Positions 10,031-18,791 of a DNA stretch of 64,000 nt are shown in pieces; position 1 is the stretch's first letter, and the number at the start of each line of letters is the position of its first letter. Below the pieces are notes generated by a model. That model saw only the letters and a list, made by a program, of their open reading frames with translations, searched no databases and was not told the DNA's origin. This DNA is from a virus: positions 1-64,000 of IMG/VR virus record IMGVR_UViG_3300027906_000003, one strand, 5' to 3'. A program made the position numbers and the translations under genes.

Positions 10031-10041
10031 TCAAAAACCAT

Positions 10042-10071
10042 TTGACAAAGCCCACCACTTTTTTATATAAT
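10042..10071 (+). promoter_or_regulatory. sigma70-type early promoter
   Basis: TTGACA-18 nt-TATAAT at the head of a run of small ORFs. Confidence 0.8.
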
Positions 10072-10103
10072 AGTATCTATTGAATTAAACATAGGAGTTT
10101 AAC

Positions 10104-10337
10104 ATGGATGATGCAACAATGAAGTTGGTCAAATTGGGTAGGGAAATGATTACTCAGGCAGAAGAGAACAAAGTATTTGCAAAAGATGATATGAAATGGA
10201 ATACATGTGTGGTTGCTGGTAATAAACTTACCACAATAGGAACGGTTTGGGGTTTACAAGATGTAAAGGATTTAAAGAAGACTGAACGAGAGATTGTTCT
10301 GGAATTCTTAGATTTAAACAAGGGTTTACTTGCATGA
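10104..10337 (+). CDS. hypothetical early protein
   Basis: AGGAG RBS, directly downstream of the promoter. Confidence 0.7.
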   Translation: MDDATMKLVKLGREMITQAEENKVFAKDDMKWNTCVVAGNKLTTIGTVWGLQDVKDLKKTEREIVLEFLDLNKGLLA

Positions 10338-10516
10338 GAGTATTAGTAGAATCATATGGTGATGTAAGAATCTTCTCAGAAAGACCATTCGGTTATAAAA
10401 GATATATTGTTGAGTGGCCAACTCACACACAAATTTTTAGTGGTCTTTGGTATAACGAAAAAACAGTGAGAGAGATTGTTGAAGAGTTTTTAAATAGGGG
10501 CTCTGAGCTCGGGTAG
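10334..10516 (+). CDS. hypothetical early protein
   Basis: ATGA overlap with the previous gene. Confidence 0.6.
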   Translation: MRVLVESYGDVRIFSERPFGYKRYIVEWPTHTQIFSGLWYNEKTVREIVEEFLNRGSELG

Positions 10517-10601
10517 GGATAATGGGTCAAGTATCACAAAATCCACAAGCATTAATACGATTGATGTGTGCGACCCACCCGCCAACTTTTTGGAGAAGTG
10601 T

Positions 10602-10679
10602 ATGAATGACGAAAGAATACTATGGTATTGTTTTATAGGACTATGTCTTACATGTCTTTATACAGTCTTATTTCTATAG
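10602..10679 (+). CDS. 25-aa hydrophobic mini-protein (absent from ORF track)
   Basis: GGAG RBS; MNDERILWYCFIGLCLTCLYTVLFL*. Confidence 0.45.
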   Translation: MNDERILWYCFIGLCLTCLYTVLFL

Positions 10680-10712
10680 GGCTTGACAATGCGTATCATT
10701 TTTTGATACCAT
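10677..10712 (+). promoter_or_regulatory. early promoter, copy 1 of an identical 36-bp repeat
   Basis: TAGGGCTTGACAATGCGTATCATTTTTTGATACCAT: TTGACA-18 nt-TACCAT. Confidence 0.8.
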
Positions 10713-10739
10713 GGTTGTATAGATTGAAAAAGGAGATAT

Positions 10740-11039
10740 ATGAAATTTAACGCAATATTAAGAGTCCCAAAAGGTGACGAAGGAATACTTGATTCTAAGA
10801 AAATATTAAACTTTGTCCACGGACTAGGTTGGAGGACATCAGAAGTCAGAGGTTCTTATAACAAATACTGGATTACTCATAAAGTCGAAGACGGAAAAAA
10901 ATTAGAGTTAATCGATGGTTCAAAATACTACAAATTAGTTATCAACTCAAATGAGTTTGGTATCGAATGTGGTGGTGATTTAAATGGTTGGCAGTTTGCT
11001 GGAGAATTTAGAGACGCAATTAAATCATCTAGGGCTTGA
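10740..11039 (+). CDS. hypothetical early protein
   Basis: AAGGAG RBS; lies between the two identical promoters. Confidence 0.75.
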   Translation: MKFNAILRVPKGDEGILDSKKILNFVHGLGWRTSEVRGSYNKYWITHKVEDGKKLELIDGSKYYKLVINSNEFGIECGGDLNGWQFAGEFRDAIKSSRA

Positions 11040-11065
11040 CAATGCGTATCATTTTTTGATACCAT
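11030..11065 (+). promoter_or_regulatory. early promoter, copy 2 of the 36-bp repeat
   Basis: Identical to 10677-10712. Confidence 0.8.
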
Positions 11066-11093
11066 ATAACTATAGATGAGAAAAGGAGACAAT

Positions 11094-11471
11094 ATGAAAA
11101 ATCTAATTGAGTATGTAGAAAGTCTTTGTGAAGATTTGACTACACTAAATCACAGTCGTTGGGACCATTGCAAAGAGCGTGGTGCTTATTATGGTTATAA
11201 ATCAGGTAGTAAGTATATCAAAGTGATATCATACGATGATTCAAATGGTGGTGGTGCTTCAGTATGGGGTTTCATCAACAAATCAAATCCAAAATTCAAA
11301 GAAGGAGATGTTCTTCTCGCTGCTGGGTGGGGAACTCCTGCCTTAAACAAAGCAAGAGGTAATCTCATAGACGGTTATCCAGTTCTTGAAATGGGTGATA
11401 GATTCATGTATGGTCCTGGATATTGTTCAGGTGCTATTGCAGGAACACCAAGAAACGGAGACTTTGTTTAA
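11094..11471 (+). CDS. phage early protein
   Basis: Start at ATG 11094 after AAGGAG; KYIKV...SVWGFI...GDVLLAAGWGTPA...ARGN. Confidence 0.75.
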   Translation: MKNLIEYVESLCEDLTTLNHSRWDHCKERGAYYGYKSGSKYIKVISYDDSNGGGASVWGFINKSNPKFKEGDVLLAAGWGTPALNKARGNLIDGYPVLEMGDRFMYGPGYCSGAIAGTPRNGDFV

Positions 11472-11665
11472 TGGATAATTTATACGATATCAAATACGCC
11501 AATCTTCCTATGAATGTAAGGAATCACAAGTTCGTTTTAGATTTCTTAAAGGCGAATCCTTCAAGAATTAGGTATAGAGGCAAATCAATTCCAGGTGTTT
11601 ATAAGAGAGCACCTCATCACTGCATTAAAGAATATGCAACAACTTTCACAATTTATCCGAGGTAA
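11471..11665 (+). CDS. hypothetical protein
   Basis: TAATG coupling; RIRYRG...ATTFTIY. Confidence 0.65.
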   Translation: MDNLYDIKYANLPMNVRNHKFVLDFLKANPSRIRYRGKSIPGVYKRAPHHCIKEYATTFTIYPR

Positions 11666-11670
11666 TTATT

Positions 11671-12063
11671 ATGCAAACAATACAATTTATACCATGCACT
11701 GAGGGCGGTGCAGGAACTTCATTGAGAGGTTCTATCAATGCTTCAACTAGTCAGTTGAAAGAAATGTTCGGTGACCCTTGGTATGAGGGCATCGGTGACA
11801 AAATCACTACAGACTTTTGTATTGATTATCAAGTCAGTGACGGTGAGGGTGACAGAAAATATGGTACCTTTACTGTTTACGATTGGCATTATGCCAGAAA
11901 TCTGCATGATGATTATGCAGAAACAGAATGGAATATCGGCGGTAAGTCATATGATGATTACGAGGCTGCTAGTCTGGCGTTAGATATTTTTAAAGAAACA
12001 GATGAGAGTTTAGTGTTTGCTAAACTACATGAGGTTCCTAAAGACCAGGAGTTTTTCTTATGA
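11671..12063 (+). CDS. hypothetical phage protein
   Basis: GAGG RBS; TSLRG...FGDP...FTVYDW...WNIGG. Confidence 0.7.
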   Translation: MQTIQFIPCTEGGAGTSLRGSINASTSQLKEMFGDPWYEGIGDKITTDFCIDYQVSDGEGDRKYGTFTVYDWHYARNLHDDYAETEWNIGGKSYDDYEAASLALDIFKETDESLVFAKLHEVPKDQEFFL

Positions 12064-12272
12064 GTGGAGAATTATTAAAAGCACATCACGAGATATTATC
12101 TGATACAAGTGATGGTAAACTTACAGCAGAAGAAGTTTACAATTTAGAAACATATGGTGCCAAACATCCAAGTGAGTTTGATACTGGAGAAAACGAACTG
12201 CAACCAGGTGAATGTATTTGTGGTGAGTTTAATTGTAAAGAAGAGTATGTCCATTGGACATCAGGATGGTAA
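12060..12272 (+). CDS. hypothetical protein
   Basis: AGGAG RBS; CICG...C...H possible metal site. Confidence 0.6.
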   Translation: MSGELLKAHHEILSDTSDGKLTAEEVYNLETYGAKHPSEFDTGENELQPGECICGEFNCKEEYVHWTSGW

Positions 12273-12273
12273 T

Positions 12274-12402
12274 ATGAATACATTTATTGGAATTATACTT
12301 ACAATTATTATGGGACTATTTGCATTCTATTCATGTGTAATAGTAGAAGAACAGAAACGAGGTGAGAAGATAACCTTACCTTGGGAGAAAGACGATGAGT
12401 AA
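12274..12402 (+). CDS. small membrane protein
   Basis: MNTFIGIILTIIMGLFAFYSCVIV; start at 12274. Confidence 0.55.
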   Translation: MNTFIGIILTIIMGLFAFYSCVIVEEQKRGEKITLPWEKDDE

Positions 12403-12907
12403 ACAGTATCGAGCGTTTATGGTAGGCATGGGTTTCGGTGCTTTACTTATGTTTATATTATTATTTCCGTCTACATTGTCAGCGTCAGATGAGAATGGTG
12501 AAACAGTTTGTCTTGCAAAGAACATTTACTTCGAGGCAGGTAATCAACCACTTGCAGGTAAAGTTGCAGTTGCACAAGTTGTTCTAAACAGAATCGAACA
12601 TAGTTCATATGAAGAAACTATTTGTGGTGTTGTTTATCAAGCACAATGGAGAACTAACTACAAAGGCAACATGGTACCAGTCAGAAACAAATGTCAGTTC
12701 AGTTGGTTCTGCGATGGTAAATCAGATGAACCTTTAGACACGGATACATTCTTTGAATCGTATCTAATTGCACAAGATGTTATTATGGGTAAGTATCCAG
12801 ACATTACAGAGGGTGCAACACATTATCATTCTATTATGGTTGAACCCTATTGGGCAGATACCTTAAATGAAACAGTTCAAATAACAGACCATATATTTTA
12901 CAAATGA
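12395..12907 (+). CDS. cell wall hydrolase, SleB/Hydrolase_2 family
   Basis: CLAKNIYFEA, AVAQVVLNR, CQFSWFCDGK, GATHYH, HIFYK; N-terminal TM/signal segment. Confidence 0.92.
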   Translation: MSKQYRAFMVGMGFGALLMFILLFPSTLSASDENGETVCLAKNIYFEAGNQPLAGKVAVAQVVLNRIEHSSYEETICGVVYQAQWRTNYKGNMVPVRNKCQFSWFCDGKSDEPLDTDTFFESYLIAQDVIMGKYPDITEGATHYHSIMVEPYWADTLNETVQITDHIFYK

Positions 12908-13125
12908 GAAAAGAAGAATTAGTTACCCTATTTGAGAAACTTCACCATGAAGACACAAACGGAAAGATTGAAGCAGTTGTTCATGATGTCAATGGTGGTA
13001 TGTTCAAAACAGATAGTATTAGATTAGACATGGACGGTGGAAGACTTATCATATGTCAAATGAATAGTCCATGTTATGAGTCTAACAAAGAGAATTGGAA
13101 ACAAGAATTGGAGTTTGTAAAATGA
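12904..13125 (+). CDS. hypothetical protein
   Basis: ATGA-coupled ORF. Confidence 0.6.
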   Translation: MRKEELVTLFEKLHHEDTNGKIEAVVHDVNGGMFKTDSIRLDMDGGRLIICQMNSPCYESNKENWKQELEFVK

Positions 13126-13289
13126 ATGATAAATGTATATCGTGTGGAAATGAAACAAGGTTTCCAAAAGAAACTTCGATAGAGGAAAGGAATAATTATA
13201 TCATCGGTGCCGGACAACTATGTCGTGTGTGCCATGATAAGATTTATAAAATGGAGAAAAATCTCAATTTCAAAGGAGAAGAAGAATGA
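13122..13289 (+). CDS. small Zn-finger-like protein
   Basis: CISC...GAGQLCRVC. Confidence 0.6.
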   Translation: MNDKCISCGNETRFPKETSIEERNNYIIGAGQLCRVCHDKIYKMEKNLNFKGEEE

Positions 13290-13648
13290 CTAAGAAAACG
13301 AAAATGAAAATAACAAGTGCGATGTTGACTGGACTTAAAATAGTCTCAACAATATTCGTAGTTGTTGGGTTAACACTTGCAATGAGTGGGAACTTTCACA
13401 TGGAAATTTATAGTCTATCTTCCATAATGATTGGTTGTGTAGGTTATATGATTCATAGTGTTAAATCAAATGACCATATGATACTATTGATTAGTGTTGC
13501 AGGTTTTACACTTGCAGGTAATCTTTTCTTAAGCACACCAACAGCATTGTTGATTGCAGAGAATTATGGTATTGCATTAACAGAAGAACAAGGTTGGTTT
13601 GCACAATATGGAAATATTTTAATATCTATCATTAAGGAGTTAGTATAA
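13286..13648 (+). CDS. multi-pass membrane protein
   Basis: Three hydrophobic segments; AAGGAG RBS. Confidence 0.65.
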   Translation: MTKKTKMKITSAMLTGLKIVSTIFVVVGLTLAMSGNFHMEIYSLSSIMIGCVGYMIHSVKSNDHMILLISVAGFTLAGNLFLSTPTALLIAENYGIALTEEQGWFAQYGNILISIIKELV

Positions 13649-13932
13649 TGTATGATAAACCAGAAACTCATAGAGAGTTCCTCATAGACACAAATTACAT
13701 TAATAGTGGTGTTCAACATCGTTATAAATTCAATAATGGTTATGGTGCAAGTGTTGTTAAACATGACCATAGTTATGGTGGAAAGAATGGATTGTGGGAA
13801 ATTGCTGTCTTAGATTTTCACCTTGACGATTCAGGTGCCTTATGTTATGATAGTGGTATAACAGAAGATGTTATTGGTCACCTCGATTGGAGAATGGTCA
13901 CAAATGTCTTAGACCAGGTGAAACAATTATGA
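13648..13932 (+). CDS. hypothetical phage protein
   Basis: FNNGYGASVV...SYGG...GLWEIAV...ITEDVIGHL. Confidence 0.75.
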   Translation: MYDKPETHREFLIDTNYINSGVQHRYKFNNGYGASVVKHDHSYGGKNGLWEIAVLDFHLDDSGALCYDSGITEDVIGHLDWRMVTNVLDQVKQL

Positions 13933-14474
13933 ATCTATTTTACTTACATGAAGAATCTGAAACAAGTGCAAAGTTGCATTGTGACAAACATGTAGTTAAA
14001 ATGATTATCGAGTATGCTCAAATGTTATCTACAGCACATAGAGTATTAGACGGCAAACCTTATGTTGAACAAAACTTGGGTTTAGGTGGTCGTAGAATTC
14101 AGAGGTGGAAACATCCAAATCCATGTATGGAAAAAACCTTATACAAGGCATCGCATGTAAATCATCCTAGTGCTGTATGGGTTCGTGAATCAGCAGTTCA
14201 GTATCAATACATGTATGATATGTTTGTTGCATTGTGCGATGAATACAAATTTAGATATGGTAAGGTTCATATGACAGATACTAAACTACGAGTTGTTCTT
14301 GATGAGATTCCAAGAAACTTACAGTTAGGTGATTGGCGAGAACCACCTCAATGTATGCCAGATGATGTGAAAGTTCCTGGAGATTCTATTTCTGCGTATC
14401 ATAAATACTACAAAGAATACAAAACACCTTTTGCAAGGTGGACTGGCAGACCAGTTCCAGAATTTATGATGTAA
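13929..14474 (+). CDS. pyrimidine-dimer DNA glycosylase-like protein
   Basis: MNLFYL...HCDKHVVKMIIEYAQMLSTAH...NHPSAVW...PPQCMP. Confidence 0.75.
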   Translation: MNLFYLHEESETSAKLHCDKHVVKMIIEYAQMLSTAHRVLDGKPYVEQNLGLGGRRIQRWKHPNPCMEKTLYKASHVNHPSAVWVRESAVQYQYMYDMFVALCDEYKFRYGKVHMTDTKLRVVLDEIPRNLQLGDWREPPQCMPDDVKVPGDSISAYHKYYKEYKTPFARWTGRPVPEFMM

Positions 14475-14476
14475 TT

Positions 14477-14806
14477 ATGCCCTTATACGAATTTTATAAT
14501 GAAGAGATTGATGAGTCATATGAAATGATGATGACCTATGACAACAAGGTCAAATATCTCAAAAAGAATCCCCATATCAGAGAAATCATCGGTGCACCGA
14601 ACATAGTTGGTGGTCATGGTGATAGAGTAAAAACAGATAGTGGTTTTAAAGATGTCTTAAACAAAGTTGGAAATAATTTCCCTGGTTCTCCACTCCATGA
14701 TAGACATGGAAGTAAAGATATCAAAACAGAAAAGACTAAAAGAATCGTGGATAAACATGTCAAAATGCAGACGAGAAATCGCCTAGACAAATCAAAAAAG
14801 AAGTAG
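14477..14806 (+). CDS. FmdB-like T4-like hypothetical protein
   Basis: MPLYEF...YLKKNPHI...GFKDVL. Confidence 0.6.
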   Translation: MPLYEFYNEEIDESYEMMMTYDNKVKYLKKNPHIREIIGAPNIVGGHGDRVKTDSGFKDVLNKVGNNFPGSPLHDRHGSKDIKTEKTKRIVDKHVKMQTRNRLDKSKKK

Positions 14807-14812
14807 TATAAT
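14784..14812 (+). promoter_or_regulatory. sigma70-type promoter
   Basis: TAGACA-17 nt-TATAAT, with an ATG 7 nt downstream. Confidence 0.6.
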
Positions 14813-14819
14813 GTATAGA

Positions 14820-15488
14820 ATGACAAATCATATTGAGATAACGGATTTAGAAAATCTGCAAGCAAAGACCATAAATGATGATGGTAAAAGATTATATAAA
14901 TTTGAGGGTATTGACGATAAGTATCCTTCGGTGACAACAGTCACAGGTCTCTTAAATAGAGAACACATTAAACTCTGGAGAAAAAGAGTTGGAGAAGAGA
15001 CTGCAAACAAGATTACAGCATCAGCAACAAAACGAGGAACAAACTTCCACCAATTAGTAGAAGATTATCTTCGTGCTGAGAAAGATATTGTATTGGACAA
15101 TCCTTTACAGAGAGGTATGTTCAATGCAATGCAACCAGTTTTAGACGAAATAATACCACTTGCTTTAGAGGCACCTTTGTTCTCACCTAATCTTAAAATG
15201 GCAGGTCGTGTTGATTGTGTAGGTATCTTTGATGAGAAACTTTGCATTATAGATTTCAAAACAAGTTCAAAGTATAAAGAAGAATACATGGCAAAACCAT
15301 GGTATATTCAAATGACTGCTTATGCTTTAATGGTGGAAGAATTAACAGGTCAGGCAGTAGAAGAATGTATAGCTTTAGTTGCAGTAGAAGGACTTAACGC
15401 ATTTCAAATGTTTGTATGTGACCCTTTAGACTATGTTGATGATTTAGTTGGATTAAGAAAACAATATGAGAATGTATATGGAATTTAA
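14820..15488 (+). CDS. PD-(D/E)XK exonuclease
   Basis: YPSVTTV, RGTNFH, AGRVDC, IIDFKTS, QMTAYA; start may be 14811 or 14820. Confidence 0.85.
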   Translation: MTNHIEITDLENLQAKTINDDGKRLYKFEGIDDKYPSVTTVTGLLNREHIKLWRKRVGEETANKITASATKRGTNFHQLVEDYLRAEKDIVLDNPLQRGMFNAMQPVLDEIIPLALEAPLFSPNLKMAGRVDCVGIFDEKLCIIDFKTSSKYKEEYMAKPWYIQMTAYALMVEELTGQAVEECIALVAVEGLNAFQMFVCDPLDYVDDLVGLRKQYENVYGI

Positions 15489-15765
15489 ACCAAAACAAGA
15501 TTGGAACTTTCAAAGAATGATTTGGAAAGGTGACGAATGGATTCGTTCACAGGCATATGATAATGCTCACACTTCCATGTTAGAGTATCTCGGAATTGAT
15601 GATGAAGAACAACTAACTCGTGAACTAATAGGTGAAGCACAACAGTTGATTCAACACTTAGAACAAAAGATTATGACTGAAGCAGACCAATCTAGTCCAA
15701 CTTACTATGGATATCAAAGAGTAGTGCAAGATTGGGAAGAAAACTTTGAAGAGGAAGAGGGTTAA
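15478..15765 (+). CDS. hypothetical protein
   Basis: ORF overlapping the exonuclease stop. Confidence 0.6.
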   Translation: MEFKPKQDWNFQRMIWKGDEWIRSQAYDNAHTSMLEYLGIDDEEQLTRELIGEAQQLIQHLEQKIMTEADQSSPTYYGYQRVVQDWEENFEEEEG

Positions 15766-15766
15766 T

Positions 15767-15916
15767 ATGGGAACTAAAGCAAGAGTTAAGTTTAGTCACA
15801 CAGGTGGAAGAGAAGGAAGAAGAGCACGAGCATTAGAAAGACTCTTAAAAGTTAAAGAACCTAATGACCGTCAAATGAAAGAGATTTCTGTTTTACAAAA
15901 AGGAAATAAATTATGA
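15767..15916 (+). CDS. small basic protein (49 aa, absent from ORF track)
   Basis: MGTKARVKFSHTGGREGRRARALERLL...; fills the gap and overlaps gp33 (ATGA). Confidence 0.55.
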   Translation: MGTKARVKFSHTGGREGRRARALERLLKVKEPNDRQMKEISVLQKGNKL

Positions 15917-16161
15917 TATCAAAAAAAGAGTTCACAGAAAAAGTAGAGAAACTATGCCGTTATGGTAAGTCAGATGTAATGTCTGCTATACTTAAAGTTT
16001 GTGAAGAGAACATGTTAGAACCTGAAAGTGCTAAGAGACTTTTATCTCCTCCTTTAAAAGAGAAGTTAGAAGCAGAAGCTACAGGTTTAAATATGGTAAA
16101 TCGTGGAAGTAATAGTCAAGCAACCTTATCAGGTTTCTTTGACACTAAAAAAGGAAAATAA
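15913..16161 (+). CDS. gp33: late transcription co-activator gp33
   Basis: FTEKVE...AILKVCEEN.LEPE...LKEKLEAEA; synteny with gp59 and gp32. Confidence 0.8.
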   Translation: MISKKEFTEKVEKLCRYGKSDVMSAILKVCEENMLEPESAKRLLSPPLKEKLEAEATGLNMVNRGSNSQATLSGFFDTKKGK

Positions 16162-16162
16162 A

Positions 16163-16459
16163 ATGAAAAAAGGCGATGTAGTCACAGTTGTGACATTTAG
16201 TGGAGAGTATGTAGGAGAACTTGCAAAGACCGAACCATTGACTCTTAAAAATCCGAAAATGATTGTTAAGAATCCAGAGGGTGGTATGGGATTTTCTAAG
16301 GGAGTTGCAGTGACAGGAAAAGAAAATCCTGAATCAATGGTCTTACAAACTTATATTTTTGTATCAGAGTGTAATGAAATGGTTGCAGAGGCACATAGAA
16401 GTGCTGTATCTGGAATCGAACTACCTACACCAGAAGAAACAAAGATAGTCACTAGTTAA
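16163..16459 (+). CDS. Sm-like small protein
   Basis: GDVVTVVTFSGEYVG...LKNP; start at ATG 16163. Confidence 0.65.
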   Translation: MKKGDVVTVVTFSGEYVGELAKTEPLTLKNPKMIVKNPEGGMGFSKGVAVTGKENPESMVLQTYIFVSECNEMVAEAHRSAVSGIELPTPEETKIVTS

Positions 16460-17049
16460 TGACAAGTCGTGAAGGATATGACGCATACACTTTATACCTT
16501 GGTATAAAACTACACTTCTATTCTAACGACTATGACTTTGTTAAGTATAATGGCAAAGTTAAAGCAGATATAAAGTCCTTTCTAAAACGGAAGGACAAAT
16601 ATCATTTTGGTAAACTTTATAGAACACATAAACAAGAACTACAAGATTTCTATATTGCAAACCTTTCAAAAAAGGATTTGTGGGCAGGAGATTTATTGAG
16701 TGAAGAATGTGTTAAAGTTTATAAAGAATGGAAGAAGAATAACCAGAAGTTAACTTATCTATTCGAAACAGAAGTAAGTGATTTACTTCGTAAAAAGGAT
16801 ATACAAAAGGTATTAGAAGTTAAGAACGGACAACACCCTATCCTTTTAAAAGAGTTTATGGCAAAGAAAGTATCTTTAGAAACCATCTGTATAATGGATG
16901 AGATTATAGAATTTACTAAAGATTGGGATAGAATGATATCAGAAAGAATCGTCTATCCAGAGATACACAATAAGATAAACAAATATAAATCATTCGTTGA
17001 TTTCGACCGAGTGAAATATAAAAAGGTATTAATAGATTTATGCGGATAA
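16459..17049 (+). CDS. gp59: helicase loader gp59
   Basis: YLGIKLHF...YDFVKYNGK...KRKDKY.F; adjacent to gp32. Confidence 0.88.
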   Translation: MTSREGYDAYTLYLGIKLHFYSNDYDFVKYNGKVKADIKSFLKRKDKYHFGKLYRTHKQELQDFYIANLSKKDLWAGDLLSEECVKVYKEWKKNNQKLTYLFETEVSDLLRKKDIQKVLEVKNGQHPILLKEFMAKKVSLETICIMDEIIEFTKDWDRMISERIVYPEIHNKINKYKSFVDFDRVKYKKVLIDLCG

Positions 17050-17114
17050 GCGGTGTTCTTAAAAACCAGAACATAGTTATGTATAAAATAATTAATCCTA
17101 ACACCTAATTTGGG

Positions 17115-17122
17115 TATAAATA
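17115..17122 (+). promoter_or_regulatory. T4-type late promoter upstream of gp32
   Basis: TATAAATA. Confidence 0.6.
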
Positions 17123-17158
17123 TATCCAGATTTGTTATAAGATTTATTGAAAAACCCC

Positions 17159-17187
17159 TTTACAGGCAAGTAAATAAATCATATAAT
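17159..17187 (+). promoter_or_regulatory. sigma70-type promoter for gp32
   Basis: TTTACA-17 nt-TATAAT. Confidence 0.65.
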
Positions 17188-17260
17188 GGACTAGTCAGTA
17201 CCACAGGTGTGATACTGATTTATACAATGCTAATACAATGCAATACGATAGGAGAATACA

Positions 17261-18163
17261 ATGTCAGCATCATTAGATAAGCTCAGAGCGGCTATGGAAA
17301 CCGCATCACCGGCTCAAGGTGAGAAAAAATCCTACAATGACGATACTATGTGGAAACCAGAACTTGATAAATCAGGTAATGGTTATGCAGTAGTTCGTTT
17401 TTTACCAACACCAGAAGGAGAAGAAATGCCGTGGGTTTCATATTGGGACCATGGTTTTCAAGGACCTGGAGGTTGGTATATTGAGAAGTCTTTAACGACT
17501 CTTAATAAAAAAGACCCTGTAAGTGAATACAACACTACCTTATGGAATTCAGGTATTGAAGCCAACAAAGAACAGGCAAGAAAACAGAAACGCAGATTGC
17601 ATTATGTTTCAAATGTCTATGTGGTTTCAGACCCTAAAAATCCTGATAACGAAGGAAAAGTTTTCAAATACAGATATGGTAAGAAAATCTTTGAACAACT
17701 CAAAGAAGCTATCTCACCAGCATTTGAAGATGAATCTGCAATTAACCCATTCGATTTAAGAGAGGGTGCTAATTTCAAAATCAAAATCCGTAAGGTTGAT
17801 GGTTATTGGAATTATGACAAATCAGAGTTTGACTCAACTTCACCATTAGGTGATGAGACAATGATTAACTCTACATTTAGTCAAGTTCATTCCTTAAATG
17901 AAGTAATCGCTCCAAGTGAGTTTAAAACTTACGAAGAGTTGAAAGAGAAACTTGATAGAGTATTAGGTCTATCAGGTGCAGTCTCAAATAGCACTGCAGA
18001 AAGTATAGCAGAAGACCAGGAAGAAGTGCCATGGTCAAATGTCAATACTGAAACAGTAGCTGATGAACCTGTAATCGCATCAGCCGAAACCACTGCCGAA
18101 ACATCAAGCGAAGGCGGAGACGACGCGATGGATTACTTCAAAAGATTAGCAGAGGATAGCTAA
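17261..18163 (+). CDS. gp32: single-stranded DNA-binding protein gp32
   Basis: WKPELDKSGNGYAVVRFLP, HGFQGPGGWYIE, GKKIF, NYDKSEF, acidic tail. Confidence 0.96.
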   Translation: MSASLDKLRAAMETASPAQGEKKSYNDDTMWKPELDKSGNGYAVVRFLPTPEGEEMPWVSYWDHGFQGPGGWYIEKSLTTLNKKDPVSEYNTTLWNSGIEANKEQARKQKRRLHYVSNVYVVSDPKNPDNEGKVFKYRYGKKIFEQLKEAISPAFEDESAINPFDLREGANFKIKIRKVDGYWNYDKSEFDSTSPLGDETMINSTFSQVHSLNEVIAPSEFKTYEELKEKLDRVLGLSGAVSNSTAESIAEDQEEVPWSNVNTETVADEPVIASAETTAETSSEGGDDAMDYFKRLAEDS

Positions 18164-18168
18164 TCTTT
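18141..18168 (+). terminator. hairpin across the gp32 stop (terminator or stabiliser)
   Basis: AAAGATTAGC-8 nt-GCTAATCTTT perfect 10-bp stem. Confidence 0.5.
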
Positions 18169-18171
18169 GTG

Positions 18172-18335
18172 TTGGGTGCTCTTGTGTATACATTATGTGT
18201 TAGTGGTGAAGGACGAGAGCAGACTTGGACCGTGGAAAATATAAGGGGGCACCAAGTAAGGGAAAGACTTTTAGCAAATAGCGGAGAAGTCGGTATAGAG
18301 CGGGTATGCTGTAAAGCGAGGGGCGAATATACATC
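18172..18335 (+). ncRNA. candidate structured RNA / rpsU leader
   Basis: GC-rich intergenic stretch with four predicted stems and an alternative pairing. Confidence 0.35.
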
Positions 18336-18351
18336 TATTTAAAGGAGAATT

Positions 18352-18585
18352 ATGCCAGAAGTGAAGCCAAGAATCAACCCTAAGAATCGACAGGAAGAAC
18401 CTTTCGATAGAATGCTTAGGAGATTCAAGAAACAGTGTGAAAGAGCTGGTATAGTTCAAGAGGTTAGAGATAGACAATATCACATCAAACCAAATACTAT
18501 AAAGAATCAAAAGAACCAAGACATCAAAAGACGAAAGAAACTTGATGCAAAGAGAGCTTCAATAAAAGGTTATAGACCAAGATAA
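18352..18585 (+). CDS. rpsU: phage-encoded ribosomal protein bS21
   Basis: [32 protein letters not shown]; AAGGAG RBS. Confidence 0.92.
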   Translation: MPEVKPRINPKNRQEEPFDRMLRRFKKQCERAGIVQEVRDRQYHIKPNTIKNQKNQDIKRRKKLDAKRASIKGYRPR

Positions 18586-18791
18586 TGACTCAGTGGCATG
18601 GTGGTAAGGGTTCTAAAAGAAGAAACTCAGACGAAGATAAGTATGCGGAATCGTGGGAACGAATCTTCGGTAAACCTCAGCCTAAAATAAAGTCTCGCAA
18701 AGAGACTCCTTCACATGCAACTACTCAGGTGCATAAAGATAAAACTAAAGTTATTCCTCGTAAAGAGAAGTATTACGATAAGTTAGATTAA
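18585..18791 (+). CDS. small basic protein
   Basis: WHGGKGSKRR...WERIFG; TAATG coupling to rpsU. Confidence 0.7.
   Translation: MTQWHGGKGSKRRNSDEDKYAESWERIFGKPQPKIKSRKETPSHATTQVHKDKTKVIPRKEKYYDKLD

Noticed and set aside
18164-18350. tRNA or tmRNA
   Set aside because: No T-loop (TTCRA) or cloverleaf is recognisable, and I found no tRNA elsewhere in the window by eye.
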